From positions 2,345,425 through 2,409,424 of the forward strand of contig OZ241902.1 in the NCBI GenBank assembly GCA_965203605.1: DNA of 64,000 nucleotides. The letters are read 5' to 3'. Below are positions 20,319-31,123 of this stretch, piece after piece; positions within the stretch are counted from its first letter, which is position 1; each line of letters opens with the position of its first letter. The translations under genes were made by a program, and so were the position numbers. The DNA comes from Paracoccaceae bacterium. GTDB lineage: Bacteria > Pseudomonadota > Alphaproteobacteria > Rhodobacterales > Rhodobacteraceae. The notes beneath the pieces were generated by a model that ran no database searches, had not been told where the DNA came from, and saw only the letters and a program-made list of their open reading frames with translations.

Positions 20319-21524
20319 TCAATCGGATTCGACTTCGGCGCAAATTCTGGCTGCGGCCGCAAGTGCGCCCTTGCCATGTGGAATCCCGAGAGCCACCAGA
20401 CCAGCCTCAACAGCACCAAGAAGACCGAGAACCATGTGCGCATTCACATGGCCCATATGACCCAATCGGAAGAATCCCAGCCCCTTCGGATCATCGGGCT
20501 CGGCCATGCCCAGTCCAATGCCAAGCGTCACTCCCGCGTTCTCGGACAGCCACTTACGCAGGTGAGCGCCGTGGGGAGCACCTATGCGAACGCTCGTCAC
20601 CGCACAGGATCTCTTCTCGGGGTGGTTGATGTTCAGTTTCATGGGGCCCTCCACCGACCAGGAGTCAAACGCTGCCCAAATGGCTCGCGCCAACCTCTCG
20701 TGTCGCGCCCAGACGTTCTCGATCCCTTCCTCCAGGATCATATCAAGAGCGGCCCGCAGGCCGAACAGGTGATGGGTTGGCGCAGTTCCGCCAAAGTGCT
20801 GGTAGAATTCCATTGGATTGGCCCGAGGTCTCCAATCCCAATAGGCGCTGGTGCGGTCAGCCCGATCGCGGGCTTCGTCCGCCTTTGGGCCAAAATAGAC
20901 GAACGCCACGCCGGGCGGCGTCATCAGTCCTTTCTGGCTACCAGCGACCATGACATCGGCTCCCCATGCATCCATTTCGAACCTGTCACAGGCAAGCGAA
21001 GCGATACAATCCACCATCAGGATTGCCGGATGCCCAACTCGGTCTAGAGCGGCTCGAACCGCCGCAACATCGTTCCTGACGCCCGTGGATGTGTCAGTAT
21101 GCACCATGATCACCGACTTGAATCCACAGGCTCGGTCCGCGGCCAGTTCCGCTTCGACCCGTGTCACGTCAATGTCCGACGATCTCCCGAAGTCGACAAT
21201 CCGGCAATCGACGCCCAGCCGCCGAGCCATCTCCGCCCAACCCAACCCAAACAGACCGGATGCAAGCACCAGTGCACGGTCTCCACGCGAATGGGTATTG
21301 GCTATCGCTGCCTCCCATGCACCATGTCCGTTGGCGATGTAGATGGCCAGGTCACTCTCGGTGCGGGCAACTGACTTCAGGTCGACAATCAGACTTTCCG
21401 TCATTTCGACAAGCTTGCCCTCGTAGATATTGGGCGCAGGCCGGTGCATTGCCTGCAATACCCTATCGGGCACGACCGACGGTCCCGGAATTGCAAGATA
21501 GTGGCGACCCTGCGTGAGTGTCAT
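20319..21524 (-). CDS. Class-V (serine/alanine--glyoxylate-type) pyridoxal-phosphate aminotransferase.
   Basis: 401 aa with an SgaA/AGXT-like fold sequence (...VAGSQKGLMTPPGVAFV..., PLP-lysine context). Confidence 0.85.
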   Translation of the reverse strand: MTLTQGRHYLAIPGPSVVPDRVLQAMHRPAPNIYEGKLVEMTESLIVDLKSVARTESDLAIYIANGHGAWEAAIANTHSRGDRALVLASGLFGLGWAEMARRLGVDCRIVDFGRSSDIDVTRVEAELAADRACGFKSVIMVHTDTSTGVRNDVAAVRAALDRVGHPAILMVDCIASLACDRFEMDAWGADVMVAGSQKGLMTPPGVAFVYFGPKADEARDRADRTSAYWDWRPRANPMEFYQHFGGTAPTHHLFGLRAALDMILEEGIENVWARHERLARAIWAAFDSWSVEGPMKLNINHPEKRSCAVTSVRIGAPHGAHLRKWLSENAGVTLGIGLGMAEPDDPKGLGFFRLGHMGHVNAHMVLGLLGAVEAGLVALGIPHGKGALAAAARICAEVESD

Positions 21525-21931
21525 GCAACTGTCTCCCTGGACACTGGCGTGAAGACTGGGCCCCAGATTGCCCAGACCCGTTCCGGCTCTCTTGCCACTT
21601 CCTTCGAAACTATGTAAGTCAGGAAAATTCCTTCAGCGGAAACGACATGCCGCACGCACCGAGTCCCTTGCCTCAATCGCAAGCCCCGCTCAACGCCATA
21701 TGTGGAATCCCGGCCCAGCCGCTTCCATCCGCAAAGCGGGATGTGCGCAACTCCGACAGTGCGTACCCCTTACATCCGTCTCTGAACAACGTCGTGCCCC
21801 TGTCGACGTGTCGGTCTTCGGTCCGCTGTCTGCGTCGGGCGCTTCTGATCCCTGCAAGTCATCGATCACTCTTCCAAATGCCCGGAATGAATGGCTAATC
21901 TGGCCCGGTTGCACGAATTGACTTTCGGGCG

Positions 21932-23740
21932 GTGAGTGGATCATTGCGTCGCTGGTTCCGATATCTGACTTCCCCGCTGGTTTTTCAGCCGGTTCGAAGA
22001 AACCCGAGGGAGTCGCTGGCCTCCTGGTCGTGGCTCTGGAAGAATTACCTGCGACAGCACACCCGCCGCTTTTTCGCCGCTGTCATTCTTCTTGCGGTCG
22101 AAGGCGCAATGATTGGATTCCTGAGCTGGATCGTAAGACCCATGTTTGATCAGGTCTTTGTCGCGGGAAACCGCGGCGCCGTCGGCTGGGTGGCCACCGC
22201 GGTGTTCTGCATTTTTCTGGTCCGAGCCGTGGCTGGCTTCGGCAGCCGGGTGTTGATGACCACGGTAACCCAGCGAATCACCGCATCACTGAGGGCAAAC
22301 ATCCTGCGACATATGTTGAGTCTCGACAGCGCGTTCTTCCAGAAGCGGTCGCCCGGAAAACTGAGTGAACTGGTGCGGGGTGACACGGAGATCCTGTCCG
22401 GCAAGCTACCGATGCTCCTTTCGACGGTCGGCCGGGACGTGGTGGCCTTGATCGCTCTCTTCGCAGTGGCGATTTCCATCGACTGGATGTGGACGGTCAT
22501 CGCCGTCGCGGCTGTGCCAGCCCTGCTTTGGCCCGTGAGGCGACTGCACCGGAAGGTGGAGAGGCGAACCGGGCGAGCGCGGAACGCAGCGGAAACACTG
22601 GCGGAGCGACTCAACGAAACCCTTCACGGAGTTGATACGATCAAGCTGAACAACATCGAGGGTCACCGTTCGAGGCGTTACTCCAACGATCTCGATCTGT
22701 ACGTCAAGGAGGAGGTGCAGTCCGAACTTGGACGGGCAGGAATCCCAGCAATCACCGACATCGTGGCTGGAATCGGCTTTTTCGGCGTGCTGATCTACGG
22801 TGGACTCCAGATCATTGGCGGAGAGAAGACGATCGGCGAGTTCATGTCGTTCTTCACCGCAATGGGTCTGGTATTCGAGCCACTCAGACGGGTAGGAAAC
22901 GTTTCGGGGCAATGGGTGACCGCACATACATCGCTGAAACGACTCCACCAGACATTCGATGAGCGTCCGGCGATCAAGTCACCCGCATCTCCGGCAAGGC
23001 CTGCGACTCCGCCGGAAGCCGCGGATCTGGCGCTGAAGGACGTTGAATTCGCATATGGCGACCAGCCGGTCCTGCGCGGCACGACCTTCCGCGCCGAAGC
23101 TGGCAAGACGACCGCGCTGGTTGGGGTATCGGGCGCGGGCAAGAGTACGGTCTTCCGGACACTGACCAGATTGGCAGACCCCCAGGCGGGCTATGTTACC
23201 ATAGGTGGCACGGACATCAGACAGTTGGATCTCCGATTCTTGCGCGGGCTGTTCTCTGTGGTGACCCAGGATGCCCATCTGTTTGACGAATCAATTCGCG
23301 ATAACATCGTACTTGACCGCGATAGCCCACAGTTGAAGGAGACATTGGACGCCGCTCATGTTACCGAATTCACTGATAGAATGAAGGATGGGATCGCCAC
23401 GCGAGCCGGTACGCGTGGATCCGAACTTTCGGGCGGACAGAGGCAAAGAGTGGCCATTGCGCGGGCACTCCATCGAAACACGCCATTCCTGCTGCTTGAC
23501 GAGGCGACGTCCGCCCTGGACGCGCAGTCCGAAGCACTGGTTCAGGAAGCACTGGAACGGCTGAGCGCGGGACGGACAACACTCGTAATCGCCCACCGAC
23601 TGGCGACGATTCGTTCAGCCGACAGGATCGTCGTCATGGACGAAGGACAGGTCGTGGACGAGGGCACACATGACGAACTCATCAGTCGCGAGGGGATTTA
23701 TGCGCACCTATACTGGCTTCAGTTTCGGAAGCGCAGATGA
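21932..23740 (+). CDS. ABC exporter, fused permease/ATP-binding protein (MsbA-like).
   Basis: N-terminal 6-TM region, Walker A GVSGAGKST, signature LSGGQRQRVAIARAL, Walker B LLLDEATSALD. GTG start. Confidence 0.9.
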   Translation: MSGSLRRWFRYLTSPLVFQPVRRNPRESLASWSWLWKNYLRQHTRRFFAAVILLAVEGAMIGFLSWIVRPMFDQVFVAGNRGAVGWVATAVFCIFLVRAVAGFGSRVLMTTVTQRITASLRANILRHMLSLDSAFFQKRSPGKLSELVRGDTEILSGKLPMLLSTVGRDVVALIALFAVAISIDWMWTVIAVAAVPALLWPVRRLHRKVERRTGRARNAAETLAERLNETLHGVDTIKLNNIEGHRSRRYSNDLDLYVKEEVQSELGRAGIPAITDIVAGIGFFGVLIYGGLQIIGGEKTIGEFMSFFTAMGLVFEPLRRVGNVSGQWVTAHTSLKRLHQTFDERPAIKSPASPARPATPPEAADLALKDVEFAYGDQPVLRGTTFRAEAGKTTALVGVSGAGKSTVFRTLTRLADPQAGYVTIGGTDIRQLDLRFLRGLFSVVTQDAHLFDESIRDNIVLDRDSPQLKETLDAAHVTEFTDRMKDGIATRAGTRGSELSGGQRQRVAIARALHRNTPFLLLDEATSALDAQSEALVQEALERLSAGRTTLVIAHRLATIRSADRIVVMDEGQVVDEGTHDELISREGIYAHLYWLQFRKRR

Positions 23741-23777
23741 ACCGGGCAGGTGTCAGCGCCCGAAATTCGAATCCGGC

Positions 23778-24512
23778 CTACCTAAGATAGGTGCGACTGA
23801 GCCGTTCAGGATCCGCTCCAAGCAGATACTGGATCAGTATGCCTAGGTTGCGGCTCCCCCGCCGAAACCATCCCCGTTGAAGATAGCGCTCAGCGCTTGT
23901 CCGGGCTGTGGTTGGCAACGCCCGGAGGCGCCCTCGCAGAGCACGGGCCAACGCGATATCCTCCATCAGCGGAATATCGGTGAATCCGCCTATCTCCCTG
24001 TACAATTCACGGGAAACCAGCAGGCCTTGATCACCGTATGGAAGACCGAACCCCCGTGATCGGATATTGGCCCAACCAGCGACAAGCCTTGGCGCCAAAC
24101 CACTTGAGCGAAAGGCAAGGTGGAAATACCCCGCTGAGTCCGGGAAGCGGCGCATATGGGCCGTGATGGTATCTGGCCAGCAGTCGTCCAGCCAGGTATC
24201 CGCATGGAGGAACAGCAGCCACTCGCCGCCGGCGGCGGCGGCTCCACGCTTAAGCTGTCCTCCCCGGCTAGCTGGACCTGTTACCAATATAGCCCCTGCA
24301 GAGTCAGCGATGAACCGGGTGGAATCTTCCGAGCCACCATCACTCACCACCAGTTCGCGCACCAGTCCAGCCTCAAGGCCCACGCCAAGCGAATCGAGAG
24401 TCGATGGCAATTCATCTCCTGAATTGAGCGTCGGGACTATGATTGACAGGGGTGCGCGCACACCACTCTCCCACTGGATCGTGCCTGTGTTCGGTACATC
24501 TGGCGCTGGCAT
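23778..24512 (-). CDS. Family-2 glycosyltransferase.
   Basis: LSIIVPTLN...DGGSED...LFLHADT GT2 motifs. The start was moved to the internal ATG (MPAPDVP...). Confidence 0.8.
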   Translation of the reverse strand: MPAPDVPNTGTIQWESGVRAPLSIIVPTLNSGDELPSTLDSLGVGLEAGLVRELVVSDGGSEDSTRFIADSAGAILVTGPASRGGQLKRGAAAAGGEWLLFLHADTWLDDCWPDTITAHMRRFPDSAGYFHLAFRSSGLAPRLVAGWANIRSRGFGLPYGDQGLLVSRELYREIGGFTDIPLMEDIALARALRGRLRALPTTARTSAERYLQRGWFRRGSRNLGILIQYLLGADPERLSRTYLR

Positions 24513-24721
24513 CTGCCGAGCAAAGCCATCTGAAACCCATGCACACTGGCATATGGACCAACGCTCTGCCCGTCGAACAACAGCGGAATTCCTCCCCATT
24601 CGAGTGACAACCGCGGTCAACATCATGTGCCCGCGTCCGATATTTCAAAGACGGTTGCGGAAGTTTTCCTTGGCACCAACTTTCCCTATATTGCATGAGT
24701 TGGTCAGAAAGGAACCGGGGA

Positions 24722-25477
24722 ATGAAGGGTGAGAGATGCCTGGACAGGCAATTGCTTCGCGTTGAAGGGGCGGACAGGGAGCGGTTTCTTCAGGGCTTGG
24801 TCACAAACGACGTTCGGAAGCTCGCTGACGGCCTGGTGTACGCCGCGCTTCTGACACCACAGGGGAAATATCTTGCGGACTTCTTTCTGGTTCCGGCCGA
24901 CGATGCGGTCCTGCTGGATGTCAAGGAAAGCCTGGCTCAGGGACTGTCGCATCGCCTTGGCATGTACAGATTGCGTGCGGACGTCACGGTCGCCACATCC
25001 GACGCTCCTGTCTATCGAGGGCTCGGGGATGGACCTGCCGGAAGTTTCCGGGACCCTCGGGACCGCAGCCTCGGCTGGCGCCACTACGGCGCTCTGGACA
25101 TCGAATTGACCAGGTTCGACTGGGACGCCAGGCGTGTCGCCGCATGTGTGCCCGAATCGGGCATTGAATTGATCCCCAACGGTTCATTCATTCTCGAAGC
25201 GAACTTCGAGCGGCTGAACGGAGTCGATTTCGCCAAGGGCTGCTATGTCGGTCAGGAAGTGACCGCTCGGATGAAGCACAAAGCGAACCTTCGCAAGGGT
25301 CTTGCCTCTGTCAGGGTCGAGGGAGGCGCCCCTCAAGGAACCGAGATCCGTGCTGACGGGAAACCAGCAGGAACGCTCTTCACCCAATCCGGTGGCCGGG
25401 GACTCGCGTACCTGCGGTTCGACCGGGCTCGCGGCGACATGACGGCAGGTGATGCTGTGGTGCGCCTCGATCAATAG
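24722..25477 (+). CDS. ygfZ: YgfZ/CAF17-type folate-binding Fe-S cluster repair protein.
   Basis: KGCYVGQE signature. The start was placed at the ATG with an AAGGA RBS (MKGERCL...). Confidence 0.85.
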   Translation: MKGERCLDRQLLRVEGADRERFLQGLVTNDVRKLADGLVYAALLTPQGKYLADFFLVPADDAVLLDVKESLAQGLSHRLGMYRLRADVTVATSDAPVYRGLGDGPAGSFRDPRDRSLGWRHYGALDIELTRFDWDARRVAACVPESGIELIPNGSFILEANFERLNGVDFAKGCYVGQEVTARMKHKANLRKGLASVRVEGGAPQGTEIRADGKPAGTLFTQSGGRGLAYLRFDRARGDMTAGDAVVRLDQ

Positions 25478-25489
25478 CGGCTGCCAAAA

Positions 25490-26053
25490 TCAGGCCCTTT
25501 CGGCGTATTCCATTGTTTCTGTGTTGACCACGATTTTTTCGTCGGTCCCAACAAACGGCGGAACCATGACGCGGACGCCGTTGTCCAGAACCGCCGGCTT
25601 GAAGGAGTTGGCAGCGGTCTGTCCCTTTACCGCCGGTTCGGTTTCCACAATCGTGCAGGTCACTTTCTGCGGCAGTTTGGCATTCAGTGCCTCCTGCCCG
25701 TAATATTCGATCTGGACCGTCATTCCGTCCTGAAGAAATGGACGACGGTCGCCGAGAATCCCCCCAGGAAGTTCAATCTGTTCGAAGGAATCGCTGTCCA
25801 TGAACACAAGTGTTTCGCCGGCCTCGTAGAGGAACTGCTGGTCTTTCTGTTCGAGGCGGACGCGTTCGACCCTGTCGGCACTGCGGAACCTCTCGTTGAG
25901 TTTCGATCCATTTCGAAGGTTGCGCAACTCGACCTGCGCAAAGGCGCCACCTTTCCCCGGCTTGACATGTTCAACCTTTACGGCGGTCCATAGTCCGCCA
26001 TTATGTTCAAGGACATTTCCGGGGCGAATCTCGTTTCCATTGATTTTCGGCAT
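25490..26053 (-). CDS. efp: Elongation factor P.
   Basis: 187 aa, [46 protein letters not shown]... with the canonical KPGKG loop. Confidence 0.95.
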   Translation of the reverse strand: MPKINGNEIRPGNVLEHNGGLWTAVKVEHVKPGKGGAFAQVELRNLRNGSKLNERFRSADRVERVRLEQKDQQFLYEAGETLVFMDSDSFEQIELPGGILGDRRPFLQDGMTVQIEYYGQEALNAKLPQKVTCTIVETEPAVKGQTAANSFKPAVLDNGVRVMVPPFVGTDEKIVVNTETMEYAERA

Positions 26054-26245
26054 AGTATCGATCCGTTTCGTTGACTTGATCGGATGTCGGAATGCTATAT
26101 ATACATGTCGGAATCGACGAACAAGGCGTCAGGGATATTTGAACAACTCGGGAAAGTATGCAATTTCTGCATATCAGCCATTCCAAATCGGAAGCCCGGA
26201 ATCGTTCGATGCTGCCATATTGTTCGCTGCAAGAAAAAAGGAAAT

Positions 26246-26581
26246 ATGGGACGTGAGATGAGTGACTCCGTTGACGGTACGGCATTCAATTTCGAACAGG
26301 GCCAGCGTTCGCGCAAGCTTTTCGCGGCGGTGGTTCTCGCGGCACTGGATGACGCGATCGCAGACGACAAGAAATACGGAAACGGTCCGGAGCAGATTGC
26401 GCGCTGGGCAAGGTCGCGTGACGGGCGCGAGGTTCTCTCCTGCGCAGGACTCGATCCAAACGAGCCAGTAGTGAAGGGCTTGATGAATTTCGTGGAAAAG
26501 GGAATTCGCACGTCGGTGGCCCTTAGCCGAGAGGAGAGCGAACGCCGCAAGGCTGCGGCACAGCAGCCTGAAGCCGCTTAG
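26246..26581 (+). CDS. Hypothetical protein (~111 aa).
   Basis: Internal ATG of ORF 26084..26581 (MGREMSDSVDGTAFNFEQGQRSRKLFAAVVLAALDDAIADD...). The upstream part of the listed ORF is low-complexity and AT-rich. Confidence 0.35.
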   Translation: MGREMSDSVDGTAFNFEQGQRSRKLFAAVVLAALDDAIADDKKYGNGPEQIARWARSRDGREVLSCAGLDPNEPVVKGLMNFVEKGIRTSVALSREESERRKAAAQQPEAA

Positions 26582-26639
26582 GAAAGTGGAACTGCGGTCG
26601 ACACGCTGTCCGGTAATCAGACAGCCGTTGGTTGATCTA

Positions 26640-27509
26640 GGGCCTGTTGACAATCATGTTGCCGCCACCACGCCGGCGACGAGATGGATCCCCGCCGCGA
26701 AGCTCGCGTCCGTCTTGTCGTACCTCGTCGCCACCGCCCGGAACTCCTTGATTTTGGCGAAGAAATTCTCGACCTGGTGCCGCCACCCGTACATCTCCCG
26801 GTCATGCTCCCGGGGTTCCGTCCGGTTCCGCCTCGACGGGATCACCGGCACCGCGCCGCGTCTCTCCACATCCTCGAGCAGCCAGTCCGCGTCGAACGCC
26901 CTGTCCCCGACCAGCGCCCCGAAGGGGAGCCCGTCCAGAAGCTTCGCCGTCCCCGCGAGGTCGTGGGCCTGGCCGGGAAGGATCACGAAGCGGACCAGGT
27001 ATCCGAGCGCGTCCACGACCGCCACGACCTTGCTCGTCAGGCCGCCCCGGGAGCGGCCGATCCCCTGGCGGCAGGTCCCCCTTTTGCGCCCGCCGCCTTC
27101 CGGTGCGCCTGCATGATCGTGCCGTCGACGAACACCCATTCGAGGTCGAAATCCTCCGACAAGGCATTGAAAACGCGCTCGAAAACCCCGGACAGCGCCC
27201 AGCGGCGGAACCGCTTGAACACATTGTTCCAGTTGCCGAAGCGCTCCGGAAGGTCCCGCCACGGCGATCCCGTGCGGAACCGCCAGAGCACCGCCTCCAC
27301 GAACTGCCGGTTGTCCGCCGCGGTGGCGCCGGGATCGGTCGCCCTGCCGGGCAGCATGGGCTCGATCCGCGCCCACATGGCGTCGGTCAGCACCGTCCTG
27401 TCCGCATTCATCATGTCCCCTGCTCTCTTGCCTGTGCCGCCGTTCCGGCGTGCATCGCGGCTGGATAACAGGGGACGCGCCGAATCGCAACCCAATTGTC
27501 AACAGGCCC
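26640..27509 (-). mobile_element. IS5-family insertion sequence (IS427/IS1031-like), 870 bp.
   Basis: Terminal inverted repeats GGGCCTGTTGACAAT (26640-26654) and ATTGTCAACAGGCCC (27495-27509). Flanking TA/TA duplication inside a CTAG target (gatcTA|IS|TAgaag). It contains orfA/orfB transposase reading frames. Confidence 0.85.
26654..27495 (-). CDS. IS5-family DDE transposase, orfA-orfB with a probable programmed -1 frameshift.
   Basis: orfA 27037..27495 (...WRDLPERFGNWNNVFKRFRRW...). orfB continues in the -1 frame (...GRSRGGLTSKVVAVVDALGYLVRFVILPGQAHD...RYDKTDASFAAG). The A-AAA-GGG-GG slippery run near 27085 is typical of the IS427 group. Confidence 0.8.
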
Positions 27510-28048
27510 TAGAAGACAAAATGCCAAATTCCGCTTGTGGACAGTTGCGCCAATGCCAGTAGGATGACCGCAGGACGCGTGACCCACGAGTTGAAACGGA
27601 CAAGCAGGAACCCGCAGAGAACCATTGAGGCACCCAGTTCAATGGGCCCGACGACATGGGCCCAATTGCTGCTGTCCCAATAGCTCAACGGGCTTTCGAA
27701 CACCCAATTCGATATTGGCCAGAAGTGCATCCTCGCGTCATCGCCATGTAGGGGAAAATCGAAAGCCAGATGAAGGAGGCCGGATCCTGTGAAAGCAAAC
27801 AGCGTCGGCCATCGTCGCCATAACGCGACCATCAGCAACATTCCCCAGAGGACGAAGCTGTTGTCGACGGCAAAGACGCGCTGCCATGCGTCAGAGTAGT
27901 ACAGTTCCCGAAAGACCGTGTCGGCTGGAATGCCGAGGACGAAAACGGAAACACCAACCATCGCATAAAGGGATGCGTCTGGCGCAAAGGCGCCGGCAGC
28001 TGACGCAGTTGTGACTTTCGGTTGACCTGGACGTCCGAAAGCCGCCAT
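27509..28048 (-). CDS. Integral membrane protein, possibly a membrane-bound metal-dependent hydrolase (YdjM/DUF457-like).
   Basis: Hydrophobic 180 aa from the internal ATG, with His/Asp-rich segments (HLAFDFPLHGDDARMHFWP). Its TAG stop (27509-27511) is formed at the IS right end and TSD. Confidence 0.4.
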   Translation of the reverse strand: MAAFGRPGQPKVTTASAAGAFAPDASLYAMVGVSVFVLGIPADTVFRELYYSDAWQRVFAVDNSFVLWGMLLMVALWRRWPTLFAFTGSGLLHLAFDFPLHGDDARMHFWPISNWVFESPLSYWDSSNWAHVVGPIELGASMVLCGFLLVRFNSWVTRPAVILLALAQLSTSGIWHFVF

Positions 28049-28637
28049 GCCGAAGATTAGATGCGCAGGCGTATTCACTGAACTACCTTTCCGCTGCCGC
28101 GAACAGCCATTTCTGCATTGATCTACCGACACCGCGTCCGGTGGTGTACCGCTGACTGCCAGTTGCACCGAACGGCATGGAATACTGCGACTCCGCAGAA
28201 GGGCATCGCCCGAGCGACCGCTAATGGACAAGCCAACATTCCATCACGCCAAGGCAACTCCTGCAATGACTGACGGCGCCGGATCTATCAGTCTCGGACG
28301 GGCGGCGACCGTCCAGATTATCCAGAAATGCGGCAACGGGCGCGACGAGCGGGCATCAGCGATAACGGCTCTATGCTCCCCGACTCCGACCGAAGGCAAT
28401 TTCCTGGCGGCATGGAGCAAATGGGAAGCCACGTTCCCTTATCAATAGCCAATTGGCAAACGGATGCATCTCGCAAGCCAGCCCAATGAGAACCAACTCG
28501 GCGCATTGTGTGAACTTGATTCCGCTTGCAGGGCCCAACCGCCGGATATATTCGCCATCAAGCCTGTTCGTCCTTTCATGCCCGGCATTTTTCCCTATCG
28601 GAAACCGAATGGTGGATAGCGCAGAAAGAGGCTGATC

Positions 28638-30101
28638 ATGGCCAGAGCCATCATGATACAGGGAACGGGTTCGAATGTCGGCAAGTCTCTGGTTGTTGCA
28701 GGCCTCGCCCGAGCGCTTGCGAACCGGGGGCTTTCGGTGGCACCGTTCAAGCCACAGAATATGTCCAACAATTCGGCGGTCACCATTGATGGAGGTGAAA
28801 TTGGTCGGGCTCAGGCGCTGCAGGCTCGAGCTGCGAGGCAACCACCGACTGTTGACATGAATCCGGTTCTCCTGAAACCTGAATCTGAAACCGGTGCCCA
28901 GGTCGTGGTTCAGGGCCGCCGGATGACAACGGTGAAGGCGGGCTGTTACGCTAATCTAAAGCCGAAACTACTCCCCAGGGTGATGGAGAGTTTTGCCAGA
29001 CTCGCCAGATCTGCCGATCTTGTCCTGATCGAAGGCGCAGGCAGTCCAGCGGAAACGAATTTACGTGAGGGAGACATTGCAAACATGGGCTTTGCCGAAG
29101 CCGCTGACGTGCCCGCCCTACTTGTCGCGGACATCCACCGGGGAGGGGTGATAGCCCAGCTGGTTGGAACCCATGAGGTTCTTGAGCCGACAGACAGAGG
29201 CCGGATTTCAGCGTTTCTGATCAATAAGTTTCGTGGAGATGTTTCGCTATTTCAAAACGCGGTGCCGGAGATCGAGCGGCGTACAGGCTGGACAGGCCTC
29301 GGCGTTCTTCCATGGTTCAACGAAGCCTGGAAACTGCCGGCCGAGGACGTAATGGACATTGATTCCGCCTCTGGTGGACCACTCAGGATCGCGGTGCCCC
29401 GCTTGAGCCGGATCGCGAATTTCGACGACCTTGACCCGCTTGTGGCGGAACCAGGGGTAACCGTCGAAATCGTGGAACCAGGACGCGCACTTCCTGGCGA
29501 TGCGAATCTCGTGCTGATTCCGGGCTCGAAATCGACGATCGGGGATCTCTGCGACTTCCGAAACCAAGGCTGGGACATCGATCTTCTGGCTCACGTAAGG
29601 CGTGGTGGCCACGTTCTTGGTATCTGCGGAGGCTATCAGATGCTAGGAATGGAGATCATCGACGCCCAAGGCATCGAAGGCATGGCTGGACGTTTTCCCG
29701 GCCTCGGTCTCTTGAATGTGGTGACCGAAATGTGCCCGGAAAAACGGACCACGAGAACGGAAGCGGTCTATCCGGTGACAGGCGATAGGGTATCGGGATA
29801 CGAGATTCACCTTGGCCAGACGGAAGGCCCTGATCGGGAGCGGGCATGGTTGCGTATCGGTGAACGCACCGAAGGGGCGGCCAGTCCGGACGGACGGGTG
29901 CGCGGCTGCTATCTCCACGGAATATTTTCATCGGACGGCTTCAGAAGTTCTTTCCTTTCTGAATTGGGAGGTGAAGGAAGTGGAATTTGCCATGACTCAA
30001 TGACGGATACAACTCTGGAGGAATTGGCGGTGCATCTGGAAAGACACATGGATATCGACACTCTCTTGAACCTAACGGGAGAGACGCATCGCGGAGCATG
30101 A
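28638..30101 (+). CDS. cobQ: Cobyric acid synthase.
   Basis: 487 aa, [27 protein letters not shown]..., with a DTB-synthetase-like N-domain plus a GATase-1 C-domain ([10 protein letters not shown]). Confidence 0.95.
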   Translation: MARAIMIQGTGSNVGKSLVVAGLARALANRGLSVAPFKPQNMSNNSAVTIDGGEIGRAQALQARAARQPPTVDMNPVLLKPESETGAQVVVQGRRMTTVKAGCYANLKPKLLPRVMESFARLARSADLVLIEGAGSPAETNLREGDIANMGFAEAADVPALLVADIHRGGVIAQLVGTHEVLEPTDRGRISAFLINKFRGDVSLFQNAVPEIERRTGWTGLGVLPWFNEAWKLPAEDVMDIDSASGGPLRIAVPRLSRIANFDDLDPLVAEPGVTVEIVEPGRALPGDANLVLIPGSKSTIGDLCDFRNQGWDIDLLAHVRRGGHVLGICGGYQMLGMEIIDAQGIEGMAGRFPGLGLLNVVTEMCPEKRTTRTEAVYPVTGDRVSGYEIHLGQTEGPDRERAWLRIGERTEGAASPDGRVRGCYLHGIFSSDGFRSSFLSELGGEGSGICHDSMTDTTLEELAVHLERHMDIDTLLNLTGETHRGA

Positions 30102-30297
30102 ACGGGCTGAATGTCCGATCAATCCCATCGGAGGCATGGCTGCAAGGGTGAAGGGGCCGTACAGACCTTGGAGAGAAGCGGATTGCAGGGAGCGACTGCG
30201 TCGACACGAACAGGCTTCACCTGACGTCCACGCTTATCGATCTAAATTATCGAGATTAAATCATATATCTTACCAAAAAGCAAGATTACATTCCAAT

Positions 30298-31123
30298 TCA
30301 TAACACTTCAGTCGCACTGTCTTCCTCAGTGACCATCCGCACTCGGCAATTCAATTCCGCAGTTCTTGGAACTTTCCATTGCACCACTCGGACTGGAAGT
30401 GGGGTTTCGAAATTTTCCTGCCTCCCACTCCAAATGACTATTCGATGACCAAGGCGGCCTGCGTTTGCCGATGGCGCACTGGGAGCATTTCCGATCCGCT
30501 CATTGAATGTCGCCATGGCGCGGTCGCCGGCGTTTCGGTCAGCGGACGATATACCCCAGTCGCAGAGGATAACGTCGCCGCTCGCGATCACGCTGGACTT
30601 CCGCCGCGACATCCTCCGCACCGCATCGGTGAACAGACTCGGCATCATTCACACACGCCTGCGAAAAATGTCTCCGCTTCAGAAGTCACGGAAGGTGCGG
30701 AGCGGATGTTCGTCCCGTTCCGTATCGGCCTCGCCATGAATGGTAAAGCACTGTTCGTCCACGTCACGCACCCCGACAACTCCGCAGGTGCCAAACGCGC
30801 GGTCGTCCTCGAGGCCGTACTGGAAGTCTCACCTGTAGCCGATGCGCTCGCCATAAATGGGGCGAACGGAACGAATCTCGGGACGGTGCCGCCGGGTTGG
30901 GATTCCGCACCCAGATCGGTACCGCGCCCGTATCCGTGACCACATGATCACACAGTATCCGGACCTGCTCGTGGGGCATGTGTCGTTGTATCGAATCCCA
31001 ACCAAGAGGTTTGCACCGTATCTGGATGTCACCGTCGGTCAGCGCCGCTTTCCATCGGCCCACCGAACATCCGGGTGGCGCCAAGAATGGCACTGGCGCC
31101 CTCCAGTCCGCCATCACCGCCAA
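30298..31123 (-). pseudogene. Possible decayed gene: three consecutive minus-strand ORFs in three different frames.
   Basis: ORFs 30764..31123, 30645..30854 and 30298..30648 abut head-to-tail on the same strand in frames 2, 0 and 1. None has recognisable homology. Confidence 0.2.

Noticed and set aside
20189-20443. 84-aa ORF overlapping the aminotransferase 3' end.
   Set aside because: Alternate frame of a well-supported gene.
28232-28637. Possible cobalamin riboswitch upstream of cobQ.
   Set aside because: There is a 400-bp leader, but no B12-box (consensus core GCCACTG) could be found by eye. Left as unproven. A Rfam RF00174 scan would settle it.
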